From positions 1-64,000 of the forward strand of contig JAQGDQ010000902.1 in NCBI GenBank assembly GCA_030141605.1: a DNA stretch of 64,000 bases. The letters are read 5' to 3'. This stretch comes from Tubiluchus corallicola (taxonomy: Eukaryota; Animalia; Priapulida). Below, one piece after another: positions 53,601 to 64,000 of this stretch. Numbering within the stretch: the first letter of the stretch is position 1; every line of letters starts with the position of its first letter. Made by a program: the position numbers and the translations under genes. The notes under the pieces were generated by a model. The model saw only the letters and a program-made list of their open reading frames with translations, searched no databases and had not been told where the DNA came from.

Positions 53601-56600
53601 ATGCAATGTGGCGTTACTGAAAGTGATTAAATGATAAACTTTTACCAATTTTCAGTGTAAAAGAAAGCATACAATCTATCAAGTGGATCCGCTTCCTCTA
53701 AATAAAGCTTCAGGTGATATTTTACAGGTAAAAAAGTTCTGATGTTTAAAAGACTGTTAGTATCTCATATCTCTGGCACAATTTAAATAACTGTAGAGTT
53801 GTGACTTGTGGGTGATAAGTCTTGATAAGTGTATGAAAGCTAATTGCTAACAGACTGCCACACAGTATAAATGTACAACTACAAAGCTTTTCCTCGAGAC
53901 TGACGAGACTTGATATTTGCATGACGGCATACTGCTTTTTTAATCTGCGGCACAATGGTTAAGCCAGCAAACTCTAGAGATTGCTTTGTCAGCAAAGCTA
54001 GGTTTACTACAGGCTCGGTTGACATGCAAGAAGAATCTACTAGAAACTTATGTTAGTAAAACGTGTTGGACTTCCTTATCTCATCATAGTTTGATTGTTA
54101 TGATGTGAACTCCACAATCGAAGTTAAGAAACACTCATCCTGGTCAGTGAGTGTTTTGGCATTGTGCTGCTACTTCTATTGGCTATTGTCTCATATTTGA
54201 GGACTATCATTGATAGTTAGCAAGATTTCAGTCATGTCATTGTTATCCACTTTAAATGCGTACTACATGCCAGTTTGCAGTATTCAGAACTGTATAAAAA
54301 AATCTCAAGGCTGGTCACCGTGTTAGTTTAGAAATTTCAACTCCCCCTGTTGTGCTAATAAGGAAGTAATTTTGCACCATCGATCGTTTTCTAAGAGAAC
54401 TATTTCTTATCAGTGCTAATAGGTGTTGGAATAATTACAATAAAATTCTAAAACCTGACAAAAATAATTTGTCACTTAAAAACGTTTTGTTATTTTACAT
54501 CGAGCGTTTGCGGTGATCATCGATCTTTTGAGCTCTATTCAAATGCATTTTTTTTATTTGAATTCAAATCGAACCTTAAAGTTTTAATTCAAATAAGTCA
54601 ACTATCCGCTTTACTTTCGCTCCTTGTTGTTAAAACATTCGAAATATTGTGCAGTCAGAACAATTTAGGCACAAGTTTTGCACACTATTCTTTTAACAAA
54701 CTATCACCAATTTTGCCTATAGACAAACGCAATATGCACAATCTTTGCATGCTACTGTAAAACGAAATAAATAGTAAGAGTGACAATTATTTGGTCAGCA
54801 TTGACGATCATCTGCACTCTTCAGTCTGCGTAACAGGTCATAATTATAGTAATTTGGAAAATATTTACCTTGTTAACATGGCTTCCAGGATGTAATTATT
54901 TGGTTTTCCTTTAGTATGAGTCGTCAGAGGCAAGATGTGCAACAAAACATATAGCTTTGCAAAACAACAACTAAACTCAAACATATTACTTAAAATGCAA
55001 GTAAATTCACTAGACTGCCATGTGTGTCAAACTAGTTTTAATGCGATTCCCTAATTTCAGCTACAAAAATTAATGTCTTAGTTTTAGTCATAAATTATAG
55101 TCTCAGTAGTATATTAGTCAAGCGTATGACAGAAATTAATTCTTCTAAGTATCAAAGTAAATATCCAAAATAAAATTTCATGCTACATTACTAGGGGTGT
55201 ATCAAATCTTCATGATGTCCTAGGCTGATAGTTCTGCTCCGCCCGTTTCTATTGTTAATTTATGGTTATTTATGTAATGTCAGATTGAACAATTACTTGC
55301 GGTGTATTAGAAACACTGTTAACCTAGTTTTTCCATTAGGTCATTATTCATTACATGTATTTGCATGTTTTATTTAAACAGGCTGCTTTTTGGTAATACC
55401 TAACCTCTGTTCGTTTTGTGGCATTTATATAGACATGGTGCTCAGTAACTGTCTGTAGTGTGTTGTAAAATAATTCCTTTACATCAATATAAAAGTATAC
55501 ACATTTTCTGAGTAAAATAAGAATTTTTTCTAAAATGTTACACCTCTCAAACTTTATAGCCTAGTTAGCTTTTTGGTTAATATGCCCCTGTACGCTGCAC
55601 CATACAATCTTTGTCCTCTCACAACTAAACTAAGTTTTGCACGTTTTTGCGCATACGATTGTTTTTTATTGCTGAATAGAAATTTATTCGAATATCTTTA
55701 ACACTGAATTCGAATTTGATTCAGATTCAAAATTTTGGTACGATTTTAATTCGAAAGCCAGAAGTTAGAATTGATTTAAATTTGATTTCTAGTAGTGTTT
55801 GCTTACCGCTAACCGTAATCCTTTGCTTACGCTTGCTTAATTTTTTTCAAAAGCCGACTAAATTCGGATTCAAGTGGCAGTCCCCCAGGTGAGTCTTGTG
55901 ACTTTTTCTGCAGATAATTAGATTCTTTTATTTTTTAAGAACTTTATTGTCATGATGTGTCTTAATGATTAAATAAGCTTGAATATGAACTGTTTGTTGC
56001 TGTCTAGTTATAACATGTCTGGACGTAACTGTTTTGTAAGAGATTTTCATCGCATTCACACATTTTATTCATTTTTTAATTTTGTGAACACAACTTATTG
56101 CATCATCAAGTTATAGTTAGTTTTCTTTTTTGTTTCAAAATAAGCCTTTTCGCAGTTCCAGTGATTAATGATGATCATGGAGATGTCAAAGGTTAAGTGT
56201 ACCAGACAACGCATTTGTGCAAACTTGACAACACCTCACAGCCCAAAATATTATAATAGTAACAGTTTTAACAGCTAACTAAGACCTTACCTAGTTCATT
56301 GTTTCTTGTTTCCAAGCAAGATCCTGCTAGTAAATCACTCTAAGCACAGCCTAATGCATAATTAAGTAAAGTCCACGTAAAACAACTAAAGATACTGAAC
56401 TGATGTTTTGCATTACCCACATGTCATGTGACGATTATAGTTAAGACTCATTGTTGTGGTCCGCTTAACCTTTGACCTACAGCAACTACGCGTGCGCACA
56501 AAGAACTATGAAATCTTTATTGCGGATCTTGTATGTAAAAAATTTGTGTCCGACTGATATTATAGTTGCTGACTATAATTTTTTATATTTTGATTAAATT

Positions 56601-59600
56601 TGCATTTAGGTGAAAATATCCTGGCTAAAATTTGTAGAAGAATATGTTAAAAACGATGGGCTGTGCAACTTCTGTGACATTATTATTTCATTTTTGGCCA
56701 AATTCTATCAAACATGCTTGTGAAACCACAAACTTGCTAATTACTTTTGATTGTAAAACTGCTTAATCATCAATTGTTTTATCTTCATAGATTGTGATCG
56801 ATGCTTAAAGTGTGCATAGGTCTGTTAGGATCACAGGCCAGGAACCTTAAATTACAGGGCCCGCAACTAAAGAAAAAACACTTTCTCACGGGCGGGTTGC
56901 TTGTTTAGTTTTCTCTCCATTTAAGTAGCTATAAGCTTATCCGTAATTTTACTAAGATCTAAATTTTGTATCTTTAATGATGAAAAACAGTTGGAAAATT
57001 GCTTACTTGAATTGAATTTTTTTACGATTATTAAAGGCCTCAAATGCTTATAAAAATTGCCTAGGAAAATGTAATGGTTTTTCTACCAAAGTCAGGCCCA
57101 AACTCCTTTGGTGGAGCTTACAACACTCTGCCGGATCACCCAGTTGTTTCTTGCCATGAGCCCCTTACCTAAACAAATACACTTTAATAATAAATAATAA
57201 CAAAAATAATAAAAATAAACACTGGTTCTGATTAATTTAACTGTAGAAATTGCTGCAAAGCGAAGTGTGAAGTGCTACACTGTGTTTGGGCTGGTTTTTG
57301 AAAAGTTTTGTTTTCGTTAACATTTAGTTTTGTTGACACGCCATTTCCTTTTGACTTCTAGCGAAGTGCGTTTTTATTTGGTCACCCCAGTACACATTGT
57401 TGAGTGAGTGATTGTTTTATTCTGTAGTAAGTGTGGTTTGATGTCACACGTGTTTCACGACCTTGGAGTCTATTACTACTGTGATCAGAATTATGAAGAG
57501 ATAGCCGAGTACATGGGGGTCATCACTGTTTATCCCAAACCAAAGGAGCATCGTGTACAGCTAACTCGCAATGCCTTCCAACCGGGTATGGTACCTCTTT
57601 TTTTAATCCTATGAGATTGTACTGGCATTTCACTAATGCAATGGTAGGTGTAATACTCGTGCCGAGTGATTTAAGAACGAGTCCGCGAGAGCACCATGCA
57701 GAGGGTGGCACATGACGGATGACGAATTTATATCATTTTTTTCTAACATGAAGGTCGACCCCCCAAAACCACGTAACCAAGATATCAAATTGATCGAGCT
57801 ACTATTGGCAGAGAAATGACCACATCAAGAAATTGACCTCAAAAGAGGCAAAAAATCGCTATTTTGGGGGGTTATTTTAACTTTTTCTCCTGTATAAACT
57901 ATTACAGATGGATCGATGTAAGTTGGCTGGTACATAGACCCAGACATTGTCTTCTGATATCCTAACCTTTTCTGACATACTATTAATAGTATCAGAGAAC
58001 GGCATTTTTCAAATTCGGCTCTTTGTTAAGAGTCCAGGGAGAGGTTAAGTTGTAAGACTCATAACTCGCCCACTGCGGGGCTACAGAACTTCTGGTTTTC
58101 ATGTATGTGTTAACCATCATCCTAACTAATAATATAAAAAAGAAAATTCGCTGGAGCCTGTTTGAGTATTTAGTACTGGCACTTTACAATTTCACAAAAA
58201 TCAGCAAAATTCGCTTTTTTTGTAGTTTTTCAATATTTTTTCTATCTATGTGCTGGATTATAAGTGACAAATATGTATTCTAAATTTCATGAAAATGCAC
58301 GAGCTGAGATAATATCACGAATGACATTATATAAAGGGGCACTGTTAGAAAAAACTGCCATATCAACACACTTTTTTGCTTTCCATAGTAATTCCGTCCA
58401 TGTGTAAAAAGTAGACGTACATGGCTCAGGTCGTATATGACAGTAGACATTTAGCCACATTGAACATGCATTTTCTGTGACTAGTGCTCTCATTTCCTAG
58501 TAGCAATAGATTCCTTTGCCATGGAAATTGCTAGAAATTTGCAAATTTCATCTTAAATTGGTTTAGTTATGTCGGAATTTTCATATGACTACAAATATGA
58601 ATAATTGCCTCTTCTGATGGATTTCTGGACAGGACATCATGCATGCCCCAGGTACTGAGTCCGACCTTGATTCAAGGCATTCTCTACACACTGAATCGCT
58701 AGTGGATACCAGGAAAGACTAAACAATAAGCCCTCTAATAGAAAAGAAGTACCGATTGTTAAGATTGAGAGTCATTGCTAGCGAAAGAATCTGACAACGC
58801 TTGGTATATACATATAAATTAGAAATCCGGTCATTTTTATACATTCGTTGATTTTTTATACATTTTATATGAATAAGCTTCATTGCTATACGTAGAAGAT
58901 TATGAATATCAGTACAAAAATGAAAAACTACAAAACTCAGTCAGCATTAATTTCTCTAAGTCCAAAATACTGTTCCTATTGTAGCAGCATAATCCTAGCA
59001 CTGAAGAGTAGTACAAGTAATCAAAACCGTAATATCTAAATAATAGAGAAAGAATTATCGATGCAGGTAGATTATCCCTAGAAGATAGATACAGAAATAT
59101 AGACAAATATATCATGGGGAAAGTGATAAAGTGAAAATCTTACAGTCTAAACACGAGACAATATAAGCGTATGGGCCGCTTCTAGGGGGATGGCGGTGAC
59201 ATTTAGCTCAGAAAATTTTTCTTCGCCCAAAATTATTTGTGGCACAAAATCGATATTTCTGACAAAAAATATTAATAGTGCGATTGAATGACTGCGCCAA
59301 TGGCACAAAAATTTTCGATGTTTTACAGTCAAAAAATCACCGGACAAATGATATTTTGGGGGGAGTCTATCCCATACATTTTGGGCATTCGCTCAGATTT
59401 AGGGCAATTTTCTTTGTGTTCTGGCTTGTACGCCTATGTAAGACAATGAGTAATAACTAGGTAATAACCTGCACATAACATTTACAAAGCATAGAAAATA
59501 AACAGTACATAAAACATTTTCCAGTCCTTGCAAGAAGCAATTTCCATTCCATAGATATTTCATTTGTTTGAAGATGGAAGCGCTCTAAATGTGGTCTAGT

Positions 59601-62600
59601 GTCTTTAGTACAGGCTAATAGATTCACAATACTCGTTTCGTGCGGATTACTAGTCAGAATACCGCATTTAACGCTGGTAAACAGCCCAGAAAATGAACAT
59701 TTTAGTTCAGCAGTGGCCGCCATCTTGAATGCTAGAGTCCAGTCCTGTCGGTAGTTTAAGCAATGTGCTGTCCAGGCCCCTAGTTGCCAAAGATGAATAT
59801 TTATGACGTTTTGAGGTATTTTGACAAGATTTGACAACTCATGTTACCTACACGAAGCTTTTTGATGAAGGTTGTTACCTATATTTTCACCCTGATATAT
59901 GCCTCTTTCAAGGGTCATTTACAATAGGGTGGAAATTCGCTCCATCGAAATTGTCACTGCACCATAGTGGGATGGGATGCTCTATTCACATACATATCGA
60001 TATTTTTGTTCCCGCCCCCGCAGTGGGTGAGATATAAGACTTTGAAATGACGGAGTATTTGCATCTTGTGCGTAATACGAGCTTAAAGGCCCCCAGTAGA
60101 GCCGAAAGAGGGGGGTTTGGGACAAAAATCGAGAAGTCATTTTGGAGAAGATAACAAGATCCAATACTGTGCAGAGTCAGATCTATTCAAACTCAGTGGT
60201 TGTTGCATGGTTAATCCTTCAAATATGAGTAAAAAAATAGAGAAAAATAGGCATTTTTTCATGAAAATCGGCCTATGCCGTACCTCTGCTACTATGAGGA
60301 GTTGGACCAAACGGATTCACATAGTGAATACTAGTGACTAGTGGACCTCACACCCGAACTTTGGTCCGAATCGGTTACCTAGCCTTGTGCCGGAATTTTT
60401 CGATTTTGCATGGTCTTCTCGCGGACGCGTTCTTAATTCCTTAGTATCGGATTGACAAACTGCAACATATACACAAGACAGCATCTAGAATTATTACAGG
60501 CACAGGTAAGTATGATCACATAGTCCCTGTTCAAATGCAGTTACACTGATTGCTAGTTTCTCTCAGAATAAAATACAAAATGCTCTTCTTAATCTTCAAG
60601 CTCTTAGTTCTTAGTGTCTTAGTGCCATTCTATGTATGTAATTTTTTGGAAGCCATAGGCGACCAAACCTAATCTTAGATCAATTAGTTTATCGACACAA
60701 TTTGTACCGTGTTAAGCTAGCAAGCATATAATCACAATTCGATCTTTTCTTATCTTTCAGTTCTTATTAATCAAACATACTCTTGAATATTAATTGATCT
60801 TTGGGGGCGAAAGTAGGTGATTCACCTCAGTTGATAATTTGCTCAATACCTATTGTCTGGTGTTACACTATTATATTGATTTTTTACTGTATCTTGATAC
60901 TCGTGGACTACAAATCTGAAAAGTCAGAGTACTTCTGTGGTGTAATGGTTATAATTTTTATATATTGCATTTTAAAATGTTAATCTTGTCCACTCTTCCC
61001 GTCCTGTGTGATCTATCATTTCTCCCTGTTCTGTTTTTTTGTTCATTTATCGATTCCTTTTTTTATCTGGTTCATATGGCAGTGGCCTTTAACACGACTT
61101 TGCTTCTCTAGCCCACTGCAGTACAATTAATCTTTCATGATAACAATAGTGTATGAAACATAATAATTTATTACAGTATCTTCTTCTTCCCAGCTTTTCC
61201 CTATGCGGGGCGCCGTTGTGAATGAGTCTTCTCAACGCATTCCTGTTGTTGACCATCTCTTTATTTATGTTCTTCTCTCTAAGGTCTCCATTAATACGTT
61301 CAAACCGTCTCAGCTTGGGTCGTCCTCTTCTTCTATTTCCCAGCACTTCCATTTCCATGACCTCCCTTCCCACGTGATCTTCCCCGACTCTCCTTTTCAG
61401 GTGCCCATACCATCGCAATCTTGCCTCTTGTATCTTTTTCGAGGCTAATAATTTATTACAGTATGAAGTAACAATTTTGATAGCTTGTAGCAATGTATTG
61501 AATGTCACTATATTGTACAGAATGTGATAATAATAAAAACTTTAAACTTCAAAAAATTCAGTGTTGCCTGCATTTTGCTGTGGTTTTGCTTGCAAACTTT
61601 GTTTTTGCAGATGTGATTAAAGTGAACCGTGGCGACTTCGTGTGGTGGTGTTGGGAACCAAATCTTGGTTTCAACTCTGTGATGGAGGTAGATCACTGCA
61701 TCGCTGGCAGTCGGGAACCTCCGGAGGAATGTGATAGTAAGTCACCGGATAAAACATCTGTTTGTTTGTTTTTTGGATTATTTATTTGACTGGATTACTT
61801 TGGTTGTTTGGTAGAAGTGTTTATATATACAGTCATACCTCGGTTTTCGAACGTCTCAGTAGTCATACAAATCGGTTTTCGACCAGAAAATTCGAGTTGA
61901 AATTGTCTCCGTTTTCGACCAAAATTTCTGTACTCGACCAACTGCCAAGCATGTAATAAACGCTTGCGCTGTGAGCCGAGTAGAGCCGAGCGTAAGTGAT
62001 CGCACCCGAAAGTAGTCACACACGTGTTTCTGCTCTTGCTTACGTATACCATCACACTGTTATCAACACGTAAGGTTTTTCATGCGGAATAATTATGTGT
62101 TTTTTTCAATCAATCAATCAATTTATTTCACTCCAGCAATACATATACAATACATCAACATACAATATTACTGAAACAAAAAGAAACAGTATGGGTAAAA
62201 AAACGTAGATTAAAAACGAAGTCAAATTAACCAAATAAAAAAGTTGCTGTATGGCACCTTGAAAGCTTGGCTTGTTTCTTTCTAAGCAATTCTATTATGT
62301 TTTTCTTATCAATAATATCACATCTACTGTTTGAATGAGCATTTTTCCATCATTATATTTCATTTTAGTAATACTTTACAGTTCATTTGCTGCTTGAGAT
62401 CGGATTATTTGCTTTTACGTTATTTTTTATGGGAATAAATGATTCGGTTCTCAACCAAATCGGTTTTCAAACACTTTTTAGGAACGAATTATGGTCGAAA
62501 ACCGAGGTATGACTGTATAAATGTCTTAGTGAAATAAACTACACCTGCATATAGGGAAAAGAAAGTAGAGTCTAAGAGGTTTTGTGAAATGAACTGTGTG

Positions 62601-63990
62601 AAGTGTTTTTACCTCAATTTTGCCTCAGTGGGGCACAACTAACGAGCTTTTCTACAATTAGGCAGTTAGTTGGTTTTACAACTTCAGAACAAACCAAATT
62701 TACTATTATACCCTCAAATGCCGTACAGGCGTTAAGTGACCCGTCGCATGAAAGGAGTTTTTAAAATAAGGAATATCTATTTTTATGATTTTCTTTTTTT
62801 TGTAAACGTGTTGCAATATATTTTCAAGAATGCTGAGCATATATGTTATTATTTCTATAAAAGAATGGAGGATATCCTCTAATAATCGTTCTCTAGGTAT
62901 TTCTTATCTTAAATTTTATATCAGCAGTAATATTATCTGTGCTTGACAATATTTAACATGTAGCATCATTAACCCTTTCACTACATAGTTACTTTTCAAC
63001 TCGGCAACATTGACGTTTGCACATTTGACAATAACTTCTTGTGGTGTCTTACTAAAACAGAATCTTGTAAATAAACTATACATGTCTGTTATTAAGTACT
63101 AATATTAGTCATTAGTTTTATTTCTACACATGCACACACATATGAGCACATGTACTCACACACATACAAATATGCACACCCCCGTAAATAAGCATGTACT
63201 TATATTTGGAAACCAGTTTTCACAAAAGACACAATACTAATCCGTAATATGCAATCATTTTATAAGAATGCAGAACAATCAACTAAGCAGATGTTCGTCA
63301 ACCATATAAAAGTGATTTTGTGTAAGAACATACCACACAGTACAGTATTGTGGAATGCTCTGGCTTCAGATGCTGATTGGCTGGTTAGCGTTGCTTGGTG
63401 CGAGACAACCCCAATTCCACAGCTGTTAAACTTTTCTACAATGTTTTGCTTGGTCATAGCAGTGAAATAAACAGATCTTGGTGGCTGTGCTTAGTGCTGA
63501 GCTTGGGTAGCAGTCTACCACTTTCCGTCCCTTGCATCAAAAACATAGGCACCACTGTGCCGCCTTCCGTAGTGAAAGGGTTAAACGTAGGTTACCTGCA
63601 TACGAACAATTTTTGCAAAAACCAAAACACTTGATCTTATGCACTAGATTTCACTTTGTTCTCTAGCAACTTGTGTGGTTTATGTCTTGCTTTGCAGATA
63701 TAAAATTCTATAAAATTTTTAATGCTACAAGAGGTATGGTTATACTCCAAACATTTCAATGTGTGTTATGTTACTAACCTATTACTGTATTACCTGTTTG
63801 AAGTTCTATAACTGTTTTTCATTTGCTTTTTTTAGAAACTTGTAAGTTTATGAGTGAAGACACAAGACGGTTGTTGATTCAAGTTGGAGCTCAGTGCACT
63901 AGTACGGACCAAGTAGGAGTGTTTATCTACAATGTACCTGATGCGCCAGAGATGGGTACCATGTCAATAATTGTCAAAGCCAGTCCTAAG
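36472..63990 (+). CDS. Multi-exon gene (13 coding exons seen, 3'-incomplete): putative N-myristoylated tandem cupredoxin-like repeat protein, >=481 aa
   Basis: Exons 36472-36649, 38195-38340, 38796-38914, 39691-39754, 43903-44060, 47663-47710, 50330-50416, 52100-52196, 53656-53727, 55854-55888, 57428-57585, 61611-61736, 63836-63990. All have GT-AG boundaries with compatible phases (1443 nt, no stop). Four repeats of F-x-P/V..GD-x-V/I-x-W/F-x-W..H..G-x-Y/F, the cupredoxin/plastocyanin-like pattern. Confidence 0.85.
38195..38340 (+). CDS. Coding exon 2 (AKVSALDGIHVLVTKSGFSVQSLMVTIGDTINFSWEEEEGCSGHNIQQ)
   Basis: tttttag| ... |gtgagt; first half of cupredoxin-like repeat 1. Confidence 0.88.
38796..38914 (+). 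CDS. Coding exon 3 (VIHDGEQLVPVVGGISSGQKERSGKFSCTLRMPGSYHFVT)
   Basis: ttctcag| ... |gtaagt; PG-x-Y strand. Confidence 0.87.
39691..39754 (+). CDS. Coding exon 4 (GGVRCTPFQIMVEDKEFEQVK)
   Basis: tttgcag| ... AAG|gtatgg; phase-compatible. Confidence 0.8.
39998..40334. mobile_element. MITE, mirror copy of 14381..14717
   Basis: Same TIRs. Confidence 0.75.
41893..42815. repeat. GC-rich minisatellite, mirror copy with different edge units
   Basis: Reverse complement of 11908..12822, net 10 bp longer. Confidence 0.93.
43903..44060 (+). CDS. Coding exon 5 (VDDDGFKPNKVKIMRGDKVKWYWNECEFPHSIIELKYCSRHKSFTKQGTLPTG)
   Basis: ttatag| ... |gtgagt; F-x-P..GD-x-V-x-W..H motif. Confidence 0.9.
46188..47085. 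mobile_element. Foldback/MITE-like element, mirror copy
   Basis: Mirror of 7639..8536. Confidence 0.75.
47663..47710 (+). CDS. Coding exon 6 (SASLAVQSGYFLREFP)
   Basis: gtttcag| ... |gtaagt; 48 nt, supplies the G-x-F-x3-F strand otherwise missing from repeat 2. Confidence 0.78.
49749..50157. repeat. 21-bp tandem repeat, mirror copy
   Basis: Reverse complement of 4567..4975. Confidence 0.92.
50330..50416 (+). CDS. Coding exon 7 (VAGIYYFQTEGDCIGKNHICVVEVHDGQR)
   Basis: tttgtag| ... AAG|gtgaca (weak donor, but phase fits exon 8); G-x-Y-Y motif. Confidence 0.8.
52100..52196 (+). CDS. Coding exon 8 (DHMIEVLDRTFSPMSISICAGDRVWWKWDKYK)
   Basis: ttatag| ... AAG|gtatag; FSP..GDRVWW motif. Confidence 0.88.
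53656..53727 (+). CDS. Coding exon 9 (CKRKHTIYQVDPLPLNKASGDILQ)
   Basis: ttttcag| ... CAG|gtaaaa; carries the conserved His of repeat 3. Confidence 0.8.
55854..55888 (+). CDS. Coding exon 10 (PTKFGFKWQSPS)
   Basis: tttttttcaaaag| ... CAG|gtgagt; converts phase 0 to phase 2 as exon 11 requires. Confidence 0.72.
57428..57585 (+). CDS. Coding exon 11 (KCGLMSHVFHDLGVYYYCDQNYEEIAEYMGVITVYPKPKEHRVQLTRNAFQP)
   Basis: tctgtag| ... |gtatgg; G-x-YYYC....MG-x-I-x-V plastocyanin-like C-terminal strands. Confidence 0.9.
57675..60432 (-). mobile_element. Kolobok-like DNA transposon remnant, 2758 bp, TTAA TSD
   Basis: TTAA|GAACGAGTCCGCGAGAGCACCATGCA ... TGCATGGTCTTCTCGCGGACGCGTTC|TTAA. Termini are RR..YY, not the CCC..GGG of piggyBac. 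Internal broken Cys/His-rich coding remnants lie on the - strand. Confidence 0.75.
58600..59724 (-). pseudogene. Disrupted TE-borne Cys/His-rich gene fragment inside the Kolobok-like element
   Basis: MAATAELKCSFS..KCG..LLACTKDTRPHL..EWKLLLARTG, then ICP / DFLTVKHRKFLCHWRSH and DSVCREC in shifted frames with stops. Confidence 0.45.
60451..60606 (+). mobile_element. L2/CR1-type LINE ORF2 C-terminal fragment (degenerate)
   Basis: IDKLQHIHKTASRIITGTGKYDHIVPVQMQLH*LLVSLRIKYKMLFLIFK resembles the LQ.VQN.AAR...HITP.L..LHWLP...RI.YK motif. Confidence 0.75.
61180..61445 (-). mobile_element. 5'-truncated RTE-clade LINE with (GAA)n tail and 19-bp TSD
   Basis: ARLRWYGHLKRR...GNRRRGRPK motif; TSD TAATAATTTATTACAGTAT at 61161-61179 and 61446-61464. 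Confidence 0.88.
61611..61736 (+). CDS. Coding exon 12 (DVIKVNRGDFVWWCWEPNLGFNSVMEVDHCIAGSREPPEECD)
   Basis: tttgcag| ... |gtaagt; GD-x-VWW motif. Confidence 0.87.
61830..62515. mobile_element. Tc1/mariner (pogo/Tigger-like) MITE, TA TSD
   Basis: TA|CAGTCATACCTCGGTTTTCGA ... TCGAAAACCGAGGTATGACTG|TA, perfect 21-bp TIR. Confidence 0.88.
62973..63580. mobile_element. piggyBac-like MITE, TTAA TSD
   Basis: TTAA|CCCTTTCACTAC ... GTAGTGAAAGGG|TTAA. Confidence 0.85.
63836..63990 (+). CDS. Coding exon 13 (KTCKFMSEDTRRLLIQVGAQCTSTDQVGVFIYNVPDAPEMGTMSIIVKASPK)
   Basis: tttttag| ... AAG|gtaagt at the window end; open and in phase. Confidence 0.85.
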
Positions 63991-64000
63991 GTAAGTTGTG

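Larger units (their letters stand above)
28433..54723. repeat. Right arm of giant inverted duplication (true outer end not visible)
   Basis: Starts acaagtagaattc (28433); tgcctataga at 54714-54723 mirrors base 1 tctataggca. Confidence 0.97.

Noticed and set aside
56156-56191. Possible 36-nt cassette exon (cgcag|...AAAG|gttaag)
   Set aside because: In the required phase 2 it reads into TAA.

Overview
AT-rich eukaryotic DNA, most likely from an invertebrate animal. It has spliceosomal GT-AG introns, microsatellites, MITEs and LINE fragments, and no prokaryotic operon structure. The window is dominated by a giant near-perfect inverted duplication (palindrome): left arm <=1..26277 (runs off the window), a 2155-bp unique spacer 26278..28432, and right arm 28433..>=54723. 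Each arm carries an outward-pointing copy of one multi-exon gene that the ORF track mostly misses. I assembled 13 coding exons on + (36472..63990, 481 aa, still open at the window end) and the first 9 mirrored on - (18243..997). The protein starts with an MGNSSS N-myristoylation motif and a basic Ser-rich segment, followed by at least 4 tandem cupredoxin/plastocyanin-like repeats that lack a complete type-1 copper site. The arms are not identical: I found a dense patch of differences at 22762-22797/31914-31945, isolated SNPs and indels, and different minisatellite unit orders. This argues against a simple read fold-back artefact but does not exclude an assembly error. Introns hold several MITEs, a minisatellite with a 228-bp higher-order repeat, a Kolobok-like TTAA element, piggyBac- and pogo-like MITEs, and RTE and L2/CR1-type fragments. 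Almost all ORFs in the supplied track are spurious. All analysis was by eye; no database searches were run.
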